The notes under the pieces were generated by a model. The model searched no databases and was not told the origin of the DNA. It saw nothing but the letters and a program-made list of their open reading frames with translations. Positions 1 through 12,402 of a DNA stretch of 64,000 nt are shown here, piece by piece. The DNA is from Octopus sinensis. Taxonomy: Eukaryota. Both the position numbers and the translations under genes were made by a program. The stretch lies in NCBI RefSeq assembly GCF_006345805.1, contig NC_043009.1, forward strand, positions 20,212,001 to 20,276,000. The letters run 5' to 3'. How positions within the stretch are numbered: the stretch's first letter is position 1; each line of letters starts with the position of its first letter.

Positions 1-383
1 CGTCCTGATGTATCGAAGAGTCAGAAGTGATTTACATTTATGGCTACAGATATGTTTGTGTGGTTCACTTCACAGTTACACAGTCTTAAGTTGAGTCCCT
101 CTGTGCTCTGTATTTTCTGCCATGGCCTTGGGTTGACCAAAGCTTTGTAAGTGAAATTTAATAAAAGGAAACTATGTGAGCCTTTCCTGTTCTTGGGTGG
201 TGGTCTTGTTTTCCTGTTTAACAGCTCCACTTACTTCTTGGCTGAGATCCATTCAGTTGATCCCATTGAGTTTCTGATCTGAGAATAATTTTCTCTCTCC
301 TTTCTCTCATCACTCACAGAGGCCCTGGGAAAAAGAGTAATGGATGTTGTCCCTCCCTTTTATGAACTGAGCCCTAAAATATA

Positions 384-548
384 GGCGCAGGAGTGGCTGT
401 GTGGTAAGTAGCTTGCTAACCAACCACATGGTTCCGGGTTCAGTCCTACTGCGTGGCATCTTGGGCAAGTGTCTTCTGCTATAGCCCCAGGCCGACCAAT
501 GCCTTGTGAGTGGATTTGGTAGATGGAAACTGAAAGAAGCCTGTCGTA

Positions 549-591
<43 letters not shown>

Positions 592-592
592 G

Positions 593-633
<41 letters not shown>

Positions 634-844
634 TTGTGTGTCTGTGTTTGTCCCCCAGCATTGTTTGACAACTGATGCTGGTGTGTTTATGTCCCGTCAC
701 TTAGCGGTTCGGCAAAAAGGACCGATAGATAGAATAGTACTGGGCTTACAAAGAATAAGTCCCGGGGTTCGAGTTGCTCGACTAAAGGCGGTGCTCCAGC
801 ATGGCCACAGTCAAATGACTGAAACAAGTAAAAGAGTAAAGAGT
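384..844 (+). mobile_element. tRNA-derived SINE (family 1) with internal (TA)n(TG)n microsatellite
   Basis: A-box-like tggctgtgtggtaag, B-box-like gggttcagtcc, cttgggcaagtgtcttct core, tail aagtaaaagagtaaaagagt; partial copies at ~7302-7470, ~20025-20180 (minus), ~46436-46600, ~48795-48930. Confidence 0.8.
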
Positions 845-991
845 AGATGTGAACTTTGCCAGTCACAGCTATAGCAACCCTGAGCTGTGACTGGTATAAT
901 TTCTTGCATTTTGGGAATTCTACCAGAAGAAGATTACAAAATGGCTGTAATCCTATGGGAGTCACATGGTTAAATATGGATTATCCAACAG

Positions 992-1179
992 ATCCCCGTG
1001 TTGCTGATTGGTTCATGATGTCTTCACCTGTACCTAGTTTCCTTATATGTCTGGTCTATATGGTAATTACTAAAGTTGGACCCATATTCATGGCCAACCG
1101 AAAACCCTTCGAAATTCGTAATGTCATGCTTGTTTACAACATTGCAATGGTTTTGTTATCTGCATATATATTAGAAGAG
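992..1179 (+). CDS. ELOVL7: ELOVL1/7-like fatty acid elongase, internal coding exon (188 nt, phase 1 in, phase 0 out)
   Basis: ccaacAG|ATCCCCGTG...GAAGAG|GTaagt; encodes (D)PRVADWFMMSSPVPSFLICLVYMVITKVGPIFMANRKPFEIRNVMLVYNIAMVLLSAYILEE, a typical ELO N-terminal region; orthology to ELOVL7 versus ELOVL1 is not resolved. Confidence 0.9.
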
Positions 1180-2316
1180 GTAAGTGTTCTAATTTGTTTC
1201 TCACCTGGCACAGGTGTGATATGTCTTTATTTAAATTATTGAATCAATCCCTTACCAACACCCTACTAAGCCATGCAACACTCAACAAAACACATGGTAG
1301 GATGTAATTTGACCAAAGTCTGGCTTAAATCACACCTCATTGATTTAAATTAAAAAAGGAAAAATGCATTGGATTGGATTCATTATGACTGGGTTGTCAT
1401 GGCTGAAATACCGTATTTTAACGTGTATAAGGAACCCTTTTTTATCAAAAATTAGGTTAAAAAATGTGAGTTTCTTATATGTGGATAGTATTATAATCCC
1501 TTACGAAACCTTTTTCCCAAATTTTAAGCCCAAAAGATTAGGGGGTTCCTCACATTAAAATACAGTAATTTCAATCTGTACATCAAACTCTTCCCCCGCA
1601 TCTCTAACCACCTGTCAGGCCAAGCTAAGTCTAAAGACTGGAACCCAGGTGCAGCTCCTCTGCTTGCCAGCTCTGGTTAAACCATCCAACCCATGACATC
1701 ATGGAAAACGGATGATGATAATCCTTGATTGATGAGTGAGGAATGGAAGCACAGTGGCTTAGAATACATAAATATTCAAGTTTTATATCTACCCCCACCC
1801 CATTTATAATAGTATTGGAAAATTGGACACTAAATAAAATGAAAATCCTCAAATTACTGATGTTTAAGATATTTTCAGAATATTTTGTGCATAAAAATGA
1901 GGCAAATTACTGTTTTATAACTGTAGAATCCACCATAAAGAATTATTTCTTTGGGTCAGCAAAATTTTAAAAAATTCTTTTATTCCATTTGCCATTTATT
2001 GTTGTAGATGGTTAAAACGATTGTATTGTTATAGTTAAAACGTATTGTCCTAGTTACAATAGCAATTAGAAACAAATTTGTATTATTAATTTATTGCTGT
2101 TTTTTAATGAACCACTGGGTGTTTTGGGACAGCAACACTTGTCCATACACTCTCTCTGTCTTGCTCAACCATCTCTCACCAAGTGAAATATTTTACTTCA
2201 GACTCCTATCTTGAACCGTTCACTTTCACAAATATATTCACCAACATCAAATTCACTTTTCCAATCATTTTATTCTCAAACCTACTTAATTGTGAATGCT
2301 TGTTTTAATATTTTAG

Positions 2317-2397
2317 TTCATATCGTCTGGCTGGTTTGCTGGTTACAGTATACGATGTCAACCAGTTGACTATTCTCGATCTACACAAGCCATGAGG
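2317..2397 (+). CDS. ELOVL7: ELOVL1/7-like exon (81 nt)
   Basis: ttttAG|TTCATATCG...ATGAGG|GTgagt; FISSGWFAGYSIRCQPVDYSRSTQAMR. Confidence 0.93.
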
Positions 2398-2432
2398 GTG
2401 AGTTACTCTTCAAAATTTCATTTTCTATAAAT

Positions 2433-2825
2433 AATGGTTTCGAATTTTGTCACAAGGGCAACAATTTTGGGGGACGGGATGAGTTGATTACATCGACCCC
2501 TAGTGTTCAAGTGGTACTTATTTTAGTGACCCCCAAAGAATGTAAGGTAAAGTTGACCTTGGTGGAATTTGAACTCAGAACGTAGTGACAGGTGAAATAC
2601 CACTAAGCATTTTGTCCAGCACACTACTTTGATAATAATAATGATTTCAAATTTTTGCCACAAGGGCAGTTTGTGGGAGGGGATTACATCGACCCCAGTG
2701 TTTCACTGGTACTTAATTTATCGATCCCGAAAGGATGAAAGGCAAAGTCGACCTTAGTGGAATTTGAACTCAGAATGTAGTGACAGGCAAAATACCACTA
2801 AACATTTTGTACAGCACGCTGCTTT
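2433..2825 (-). mobile_element. two tandem copies of tRNA-derived SINE (family 2)
   Basis: reverse complement of B-box-like gttctgagttcaaattc followed by gtcgactttgcctttcatcctttcggggtcgataaa...aagtacca core; further copies at ~3685-3890 (-), ~4515-4740 (+), ~21517-21732 (-), ~62773-62965 (-). Confidence 0.8.
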
Positions 2826-5155
2826 AATGATAATAATAATTTCTTCCCCAACTCCAAACATCTGAATTTTAAAACTAGATTTACCCTATTTTGTTATTTT
2901 TTTTTGACAAGGATTTAGAGGAATCTTCCAAGATTGATTCCATGGCCTCTGAAACTGGGAGGAAGAAAACTTGTCCCAGAATTTATAACAGATGAATCTC
3001 TTTTAAAAGTAGCCACAGTCCAGGTTGTGGTGTTACATTGGGAGGTGACTGAAATCTTAACCACTTGCGACCAGGAATGGTTGACTCGACACATGACCAA
3101 GGTACTGCTGTGAGATTGAACCCCAAATCTCATAGTTGTGAAATGAACATCTTGAGTGCATGACTGCGTACCTGCATTTAAGTAAACACTGACCTTGATC
3201 TTCTTGATTGAAATGCTACTGAAAGTTAACTTTGTTTTTCATTCTTAGGGGGTTGTTGTTTAATTCTGTCAGCTCTGAATGAGAAGACCTATGATGAAAA
3301 AGCATTCCAGCCATGACCATCCTATCTTGTAAAGTACCCTGGACCACAGCATCCAATGTATCCCTTCTAAGGTGGTGTTATTTAAGAGAGAGATTTTCCT
3401 ACTACTTCTAGCAGGTTATTACCACTTAAAAAGCTCTCCCATTTGCATGTACTAGCAAAAGGGTGGGGCAGTAAGTTTAATTATTCATTCTCCATTTAAA
3501 TTAATTAGCTTGTGACAATCTAAGAAATTATTTTCTTTAAAATTCATTCATGAATTTTTAAAACTATATATTGACATGTAAGTCACATGACCTTGCCAAC
3601 TGTCTGTCTGACGGACTGCCGACCTTTTGTAGTGAACCCACCAGTGTTTGTCTTTTACATGTCAAGTTGGCCATTTCTGGAAATGTTGTTTCGAAATTTT
3701 GGCACAAGACCAGCAAATTCTGGGGAGGGAGTATGTTGATTACATCACCCCCTGTGTTCAACTGGTACTTATTTTATTGACTCTGAAAGGGTAAGTCACC
3801 CATGGCAGAATTTAAACTCAGAACATGAAGACAAATAAGATATCACTAAGTATTTTGCCTGGTGTGCTAACGATTCTGCCAGCTTGATGCCTTTCTGAAA
3901 ATATTATCAATGTGGGAGAGCAGGTTTGCTGTGTGTATACATAAGTGCATTGTCCATGCTTGTATGGATTAGGTAGAATTTGGTAAGGTAGATTTTCTCT
4001 GGCCAGATGTCCTTCCTGTTGCCAATCCTCACCTGTTCCCAGGTGTGTCTGTGTGTGTGTGTTTATGGTATCAGTATAGATATTTGATTGTTCACATTTT
4101 GTTATCTCTGAAACTGGTCAGTGTAGAAAAAGTTGTCTGTTCAATCCCTTGGGCTCCAAAACTCTTGCATACCCAGAATCTTGTGTGAAGACAGATGTCA
4201 GTGCCACAATTTGTCTCAGTCCACCTTGGTACCATCTCTTGATGTGTGCAATGGGGTACAGTGACTTGACATCTCCCATGAATTGGATCATGGAATGCCA
4301 AGAACTTAAACTGCAACCATAAGACACACCTGACATTTCTCACCTTCTGCTGGATTGGGTAGTATTATTAGAATGTCAGTAATTTAATTTATGGAACCTG
4401 AAAAAAGTTGAAGTTGACCTCGGTCAGATTTCAACTTTGACCTCAGTGAACTGGAACAAACACTGCAAGGTATTTTGTCTGACACCTGAATAACTTTGCC
4501 AATTATTAGTATTTCTCAAGATGAGACAGCAAACTGGTAAAGTCGTTCGCACACCTGGGGGAAATGTTGTGTGGCATTTCAACTGTCTTTGTGATCTGAA
4601 CTCAACTTCTGCTGAGGTTGACTTTGTCTTTCATCTTTTTTGGGGGTTGATAAAATAAGGGCCAGTTGAGTGCTGGGGTCGATGTAATCAACCATCTCTC
4701 ACCTGGGAATTTGCTGGTCTGGTGCCAAAATTTGAAACCAATATTTCAACCAAGGTGACAAGGATATTTTTGTGCAACATTAACTAAAGTACTTGATATG
4801 ATGCATGTCTATAAAGTTTGGAGCTACTTTTAATGTAGTGTTTTGTGAATGCTTTTGATAAATTATTGAGAACACCTAGAAGGTGCTTGTTTTCCACTCA
4901 CCAAAGTGAACGAAGCTTTGGCCAGGAGGAATTGATATCATTAGAAGGCATCCAGCAATCAACGGGTGTTTCAACCCTGAACCATAACACCTTCAGCAGA
5001 GGTAGCCAAATCATTGTGCATCAGCTCCTTTTGGCTTCTATCTTAACTCTTCTTTCTTGCTCCATAATCTGCAAGAGAATATATGGAAATGAAATAACAT
5101 GAAAATTAATCATAAATGGATATATTTTGATTTTCCGTTATATTTTCTCCAACAG

Positions 5156-5212
5156 ATGGCCGCAGCCTGTTGGTGGTTCTATTTTTCTAAATTTATTGAA
5201 CTTTTTGATACG
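5156..5212 (+). CDS. ELOVL7: ELOVL1/7-like exon (57 nt)
   Basis: ttctccaacAG|ATGGCC...GATACG|GTaaga; MAAACWWFYFSKFIELFDT contains the ELO KxxExxDT motif. Confidence 0.95.
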
Positions 5213-6906
5213 GTAAGATTCCTCTTTTTATATTTCATTAACCAAAATTAGTTTCTGTTGAAAGATGGCTTGAAATTCTTGTAAATTGTATAAAAGTTTA
5301 ATTCAAAATGAAATAACATTTTAGAAATATATTTCCTAAATATAATTTAAAATATTAAAAATGCCTTTTATGCCACTAGGGTTAGTTATTTCTGGTTTTA
5401 CTTATTCTCTCTCAAGAACTTCTTCCATTTAAATCTTGATAGAAAAAGTCTGGGAGAAGCCTGTTTTGGCAATGTTTTAGATGAATCAAGGCTGCAACAG
5501 AAAACATCTAAGGTGCTCCACACACACTGGAAGTTTTTATGGTATCTTAAAATTTAAATTTGAAACAATTTTTTGTTTTAAAATACCAAATTTGATTTCA
5601 CACTTCACTGATTCTTTAAATAAATTTTTAATTATAACAATTTTATAAATTAGGCTGTTTTTTAACCCCTGGTCAGTTCTGAGCTGATATAGAGCCATCC
5701 TCGCTTTTTTATATGTGCAGGAATCCCAGGCTCTCATTACCCAACTCCCTAAAACAATATGTGTGATTTAAAGGAAATATTGCTGCTATTTCCGGCAGGT
5801 TGTTCCCTTATTGACCTTTTTAATTTAGGTGATCAAACTTCAGACTTGTACAGTTATTGTGTTGTACCTGTTACTAAAACTTTACATATTTAGTTTGAGT
5901 GACAAAAGAGTTGGCTGTTGCCCCAAGGTTGGCTAAATTAACAGAACAGTTCAAATGGAACTCATTATTATATCTGGTGTTTTTTTACAGAAAAATATTG
6001 AGGCAGACATATGTGGTCCACTTAAACTTGTTTTGGTTAAAACAAGTTGGTCGGAATCCCTTCCCTGATAAGATACAGTTTTGCAACAAGACTTGCATTC
6101 AGCTCCGCAAAGGGCTGTTACTGTTGTTGGTCAAGGTGGTTTGATTCAACATTGCATGATATGGAACTCATTAACTACCCACCACCTTTTTGTTTTTTGT
6201 ACTTATACGTAGATGTAGAAGGGCAACACCAATGGCTCTTTTCAGGATTTCCAAGACTAGAGTGAGGAAAGGTGGAAGTTCAACTCAGATCAGAGACTTG
6301 ACCAAAATCCTTGCACCAGACTAGACTCTGCTAAAGATCCTAAAGGGTCAGCTAGTTGGGATTAACTGGATAACAAATCATATCACACTACCATTCTCAC
6401 ACACAATAATCTAACAAGAGGCACACTTCCTCTTTTAAATATCCATACCATTCCCATCAACCAAATTCCATTTCCCATTTTAACTCGAGGCTATAAATAG
6501 AAAATGACCAAGGTGCCATTCACATGAATTAGACTGAAACCATGTTACAATAAAGTAAACTTCTCACATTGACCTCCGGATGGAAACAAAAATTACCCTA
6601 GATCAGAGTTTTATATTTTGAAATCTCTCCCAAAATTTGTTAGTAAATTCAGCCAGTTGATGGCCAAGTTACAATGTCTGTTAATGTACTCTGGGCCCAG
6701 GTAACAGAGTTCAATTCTGTTGGATTTGGACACGTCTGGAATGTGTCAGGGAAGTTGGAAGGTCGGCAATGTATTTGTATCATTTGTAATCTTATCAATA
6801 TAACTTGAATTTTTAATGGTAAAAACATTTGGTCTTGTGTTTGAATAAATTAATGAAAGATGGTTCCATTTGAAGATATTAAACCAAGAAAACATTTCAA
6901 TTTCAG

Positions 6907-7012
6907 ATATTCTTTATTTTGAGAAAGAAACTAAATCAAGTCTCTTTCCTTCATGTCTTCCATCATGGCATTATGCCAGTCTCATGGTGGTTTGGAGTAA
7001 AGTTTGTTCCAG
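6907..7012 (+). CDS. ELOVL7: ELOVL1/7-like exon (106 nt) with catalytic histidine box
   Basis: tttcAG|ATATTC...GTTCCAG|GTaaat; [36 protein letters not shown] contains HxxHH. Confidence 0.96.
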
Positions 7013-7470
7013 GTAAATTTTTGATTTCATAAATTCTTTGTTGGTAATACTAGTAAAAACTTAATGCTTGTGAGATTTCTGTGGCATTTCAACTGTTAAG
7101 CATTGCATCTGCTATCCAAAGTGCCCTTCCATTTATTAGATGGTGATTTAAGGGAGCTTTGGCTGTTGTTTCTACAAAGTCGAATGACTATGTAAGTGGT
7201 TTACTTATTGGATGTTGCTGTTTAACCCTTGGTCAACTTTGATTGAACAAACCTTATAAAAATCCAGTTTCAGATTAGATTATCCGACAGATTACCATTG
7301 GCACAGGTGTGACTATGTGGTTAAGAAGGTTATTTGTCAAACACATAATTCTGGGTTCAATTCCACTGCATAGCACCTTGGGCAAGTGTCTTCTGCTGTT
7401 GCCTTGGGCTGACCAAAGCCTTGTGAGTGGATTTGGTAGACGGAAATTGAAAGATTACTCTGTGTGTGTG

Positions 7471-9155
7471 TCATCACCATTTAACATCCGTTGTCCATGC
7501 TGGCATGGGTTGGCTTGTTTAAGTAGGACCGGCAAGCTGGGAGGCTGCACCAGACTCCAGTCTGATTTGGCATGGTTTCTACAGCTGGATGCCCTTCCTA
7601 ATGCCAACCACTCCGAGAGTGTAACAGGTGCTTTACATGCCACCAGCATGGGTACCATTTGCATGACACTGGTATCAATTTTACTTGGCTTGATGGGTTT
7701 TCTTCTCAAGCATGACATAATGCCAAATGGACTTGGTCATTGCTTCCAAGAGGTCCAACACTCAAAAGGTGCTTTTTATGTGGCACAGGCACGGGTGCCA
7801 GTTACGTGACACCAGCATCAGCCATGACTACGATTTCACTTGGCTTGACAGGTCTTCTCAAGCACAGCGTATCACCAAAGGCCTAGGTCACTTCTCATTG
7901 CCTCCAGGAGGCCCAACATTCGAAGATCATACTTAACCACCTCGTCCCATGTCTTCCTGCATCTACCTCTTCCACAAGTTCCCTCCTCTGTTAGAGTATG
8001 GCACTTTACACAGCTGTCCTTGTTCATACACATCACATGACCATACCAGTGCATTTGTCTCTCTTGCACACCACATCTGATGCCTCTTATGCTCAACTTT
8101 CCTCTCAAGATGCTTACTCTTTATTGAACATGCACACTAACATTGCACATCCAGCAAAGCATGCTAGCTTCATTTCTTACAAGCTTACGTATGTCCCCAG
8201 TGGTCACAGCCCATGTTTCAGTCATGTAGCATATCTGTTGGCACACAAGCATCATACAATCTGCCTTTCACTCTGAGGGAGAGGTAGGAGCTCTCTGAAC
8301 TTTGCCCAGTCTAATCCTTTTCTTACAGCTATGTTCTCAGAGCATCCACTCCCACTACTAAACTGGTTGCCTAGATACTGGAAGCTATCTACTACCTCTA
8401 GCTTTCCCCACTGGCAGTTAATGGAGTCTATTTTCTGCACATTTTCAGCATTTATCATACCTGTGTAACTTCCATACACAAAAGCTATTTTCCCTGTTAG
8501 CCTTCCTTTGATATTGCTGCATCTTTTATGTGTCCAATGCTTACACTGGGTGCATTTTATGGCGTTTCTACCTATGCCTTTTCAACAGATCGAGCAGGGC
8601 CATCTACCTGAAGGGATTTGTGCTTTCCTACTTACTAAAACTTTGATTTTTGCTAGGTTAACTCTAAGGCCCTTCGATTCAAGACCTTGCTTCCACACCT
8701 GAAACCTCTCTAGTTCTGGTAGTGATTCAGCTATAAGAACAAGGTCATCAGCATAGAGGAGCTCCCAGGGACAGCCTGTCTTGAATTCCTCTGTTATTGC
8801 CAGGAGAACTATGATGAACAAGAGAGGGCTGAGCACTGATCCTTGGTGAATCCCTACTTTACCCTGAATACTTTGCTGTACTTGTTGCCAGCCTTCACCT
8901 TATTGGTAGCGTCTCTGTACATGGCTTATACAGTTCTCATTAATCACTCGTCTATCCCTAGTTTCCACATTGACCACCAGATAAGGGATTGGGAGACCCT
9001 GTCAAAAGCTTTCTCCAAATCAACAAAATCCAAGTACAGAAGTTTATATCTTTGACTAGGAATTTCTTCTGCAGCTGCCTTAACAAGAATATAACATCAG
9101 TGACGCTTCTCCCTGGCACAAAACCAAACTACATCTCGTCTACACTCTCTCCCTA
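7471..9155 (-). mobile_element. 5'-truncated degenerate RTE-clade LINE
   Basis: minus-strand frames give LSPLLFIIVL...CPWELLYADDL (RT), SGRWPCSIC, GRGRCRKTW, and the aggaagggcatccagc 3' tail; many stops and frameshifts. Confidence 0.9.
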
Positions 9156-9587
9156 ATTGTGTGTATATATACACGTTGTGTGTGTATGTATGTGTTACTG
9201 TCTCTTTGCCTTCACATTGTGTGACAGTTGTAAACAAATGTTGCCATCATGCAGCTGGTATTTTTCACTGACCTTCCTTGAAAAACCTCTCTAGTTATGT
9301 AGAAATATTACTTGGAAACAGGAAGGGCATGCTGGCATAGAAAATCTGCCTCAACAAAATTCTGTCTGATCTATGCAGAGCATGGAAAAAAGACGTTAAA
9401 TCACATTGACTGGAAATTTGGCTGCTATTTCTGGCAACTTGGACGACTAGACTTCATAGCTGGTTGAAACAATGTAGTTTTTCGTACTTAACTCCCTTCC
9501 CTCACTCAACAAAATTCCAGAATGAAAAAAAAATTACCCTTATTGTCAGTGTCTGTAAATTAAAACAAAATTATTTTTCTTTTCTAG

Positions 9588-9724
9588 GAGGTTTTGGAAC
9601 TTTCCATGCGATGTTAAATTCATTTATTCACCTTGTTATGTATGTATATTACGGATTATCAGCAGCTGGACCCAATTTCAAGAAATATCTTTGGTGGAAA
9701 CGGTATATGACTTCATTACAAATT
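9588..9724 (+). CDS. ELOVL7: ELOVL1/7-like exon (137 nt)
   Basis: ttttctAG|GAGGT...CAAATT|GTaagt; [45 protein letters not shown] with NxxxHxxMYxYY and TxxQ motifs. Confidence 0.96.
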
Positions 9725-10573
9725 GTAAGTAGTAGTTTGGTGTGGAATTTCTAAAAGTTGGATTGGTCAGGAGGAAGAAGCATCTGGTCTGTTGGCCCTG
9801 ACATGCTTGGTAGGGGTCATAAGAATTGGTAGGAAAAGAGAAGAAACTAGAGAGGGAGCACATTTTAAGGGGCCAAAATATATATTGTGGAGAGTAGACT
9901 GGGTTGGGTGATGCAGTATAAGTGACAAGGGTTGGGTGGAGTGATGTGTGAAAGAAGAGTGTTTGAGTGAAGATGACGAGATTGGCCAGCTCAAAAGAAA
10001 AGGGGCCAATGTAGTTGTAGAAAAGACAGAGAATGGACACAGCATGTCCATGGGTCAGAGATTAGTATCTCCGTATTCTGATGGACTGAAATGTGTTGGT
10101 ACTTCAGAGCACTAAATTTAGGCATGTGTACTCAGATATGTACTGTTACCAAATATACACAAAATTAAATATGTACATGCATATGCAACTGTTCTTGATG
10201 GTGTCCCTACACACACATAGCTAAGTACACATACATTGAAAGTTACAGATGTGTGTATTACAATGAAAGGGTGAAAAGTAAGAGAGAGTAAAGCCCAGCT
10301 TGTGTGTAGAGAATCTAGATCAGTGACATGGCTACAAACGTCTGTTGTTGACTAAAAGTCTGTAGAATCTTCCTTGTAACTACTTTGTATTGTGTCGTTA
10401 ATGTTTTCCTAGCTTTAAATGTGAATCCTTCTCTGACAACAGTTTTTACTATTTTAGTAAAATGTGTGTAAAAGTATAAATTAATTAGGGCAATTAGAAT
10501 CTAGCTTCCAGTTCTATAATTACCACTGACTTGTGCTTCATTTTAAGTTTTTCTTTTTCTATTTTCTTTTCAG

Positions 10574-10828
10574 ACTCAATTCATATTTGTATTTATTCAT
10601 GCCTCCCAGCTCCTGTTTATTCCTTGTAACTATCCCAAAGTATTTGCTTACTGGATAGCCCTGTATGCAGTTATTTTCCTGATCCTGTTTTCTGATTATT
10701 TCCACAAGACCTACCGATCAAAGCCAAAAGTTGCAACATGCCAAGAATCCAGGACTGGAATCTCCACACAGAAGACGTCTAATCTCAATGGTGTTGTTGG
10801 AAATAATATTGAGAAGAAATCTAAGTAG
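10574..10828 (+). CDS. ELOVL7: ELOVL1/7-like terminal coding exon (255 nt incl. TAG)
   Basis: ttttcAG|ACTCAATTC...AAGTAG; TQFIFVFIHASQLLFIPCNYPKVFAYWIALYAVIFLILFSDYFHKTY...NIEKKSK*, ending in a di-lysine ER-retrieval motif. Confidence 0.95.
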   Translation, partial: TQFIFVFIHASQLLFIPCNYPKVFAYWIALYAVIFLILFSDYFHKTYRSKPKVATCQESRTGISTQKTSNLNGVVGNNIEKKSK

Positions 10829-11338
10829 AGAACGCATGATCAGTTTTGTATGAAAGCTTTGCAGTCAATGGCTGCACACAAGTTCTATCTATTCTTAATT
10901 GAAAATTAATTTAATGTTTTAATTTGTTTATTTGAAGAATCACGAAGTAACATTGGTCCTGATGGCTTTCAGGAACAATTCTGTACAAGTATTAAAAGCA
11001 AAAATATTGTTTTGAAATTTCCATTTTAAAATTCTATTCTACTGCTGATAAAAGGACTGATTAACTTATAAATCATCAGTCTTAACTGGATGAAATTATT
11101 ATTATTTTTTTTTTTGATAAAAAAAAAATTTAGATTTATACAATAGTAAGAATTTGTTAACTCTTTCGTCTGAGGAATTTAATCAAAACAAAATTATTAT
11201 TTTTTAAATATTGAAACAACTTTTCTATGATCCATCACATTTGGTAAAATCTAAACATGAACTGTTTTTTATAAACTTCATATGAACATTCACTCAGCTG
11301 TTGTGAACAAATTAAGTTTCTGCTATCATCACATTATA

Positions 11339-11383
<45 letters not shown>

Positions 11384-12371
11384 CACACATATATATATAT
11401 ATAAATATATATGTATATATCCTCCATTATTATTTTCTAAGTATTTTTCCAAGAAATTTCAAGCTTGTTTAGTTTTTAGAAATTGATCAATGAAAAAAAT
11501 AACTTGCAGAAATTCTTGTGCAATCAGAAAATAAACTTTGATAGTTTTTTTTCCCACCTCACTTTAGAACAATTACAATGGCAGTGAAAAGATTGGATCT
11601 AAACAACAGTTATAAGTCTTTATTTTTTAATTAAAGATGTCTCCCTTACCAAACAACTGCTGTCTCTGGTCTCCATTGGCAACATTTATTCACTGCTGAT
11701 CTAATAATAATGATGATGTTAAAGATATCTGACTACATCCTATTCTCTCTCTGATATTTCCCATTCTGTGACGGTCTGTTCTTTTTTCTATAAAATTATT
11801 ACCAATCCTGTTTCTGATGGCAACACCTCCCATCAAAAGTAAATAATTTGCATGCAATAGTTGAAAATTAAGGACAATTAAAAATCTTGAAATAATGTCT
11901 GTAATCAAAATATTAAATTATTTAATATTTTCAAAGATTATAATCAAAATATTAAATTACTAAAATGATATTTTCCTAGTTATTAAAAAGAATTTCAGAC
12001 TTAAATCTTCAAATATTTGTGAAAAAATTATTTTTTTTTGTCTTCCGTTCATTTTCAGTTTACCAAATTTTTTTTCTTCAAATATAATTTATTGAAGAAG
12101 ACTTGTGAATATTATTTTAGATGACCAAAATAATTTATAATTGCCCACCTTAACTTCAAATCACTTCTGAATCTTTCACAAATTTATATTTGAAATTCTT
12201 TTATTAATTGTTTGAAATGCCAAATCTGTAATCAATCTATGATGAGTTCACTGTGACTTTTGTAAGTGGAATTTTTTGCTTTATCAGAGGAGAGCTAGAT
12301 GTTCAAATTAACAAAATAAAGGAAAGTTACACTCATTGGAAATAAAATACACATCGCTTTTTGCCTCTGGG

Positions 12372-12402
<31 letters not shown>

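Noticed and set aside
384-470. tRNA-like A/B boxes
   Set aside because: SINE heads; no cloverleaf or anticodon arm can be folded, so no tRNA gene is called.
360-874. ORFs rich in YI/HT/CV repeats (also at 19658-20221, 24247-24869, 40522-41000, 46139-46480, 55912-56248, 62845-63649)
   Set aside because: They are translations of (TA)n, (CA)n, (CATA)n and (AAT)n microsatellites and SINEs, with no splice or homology support.
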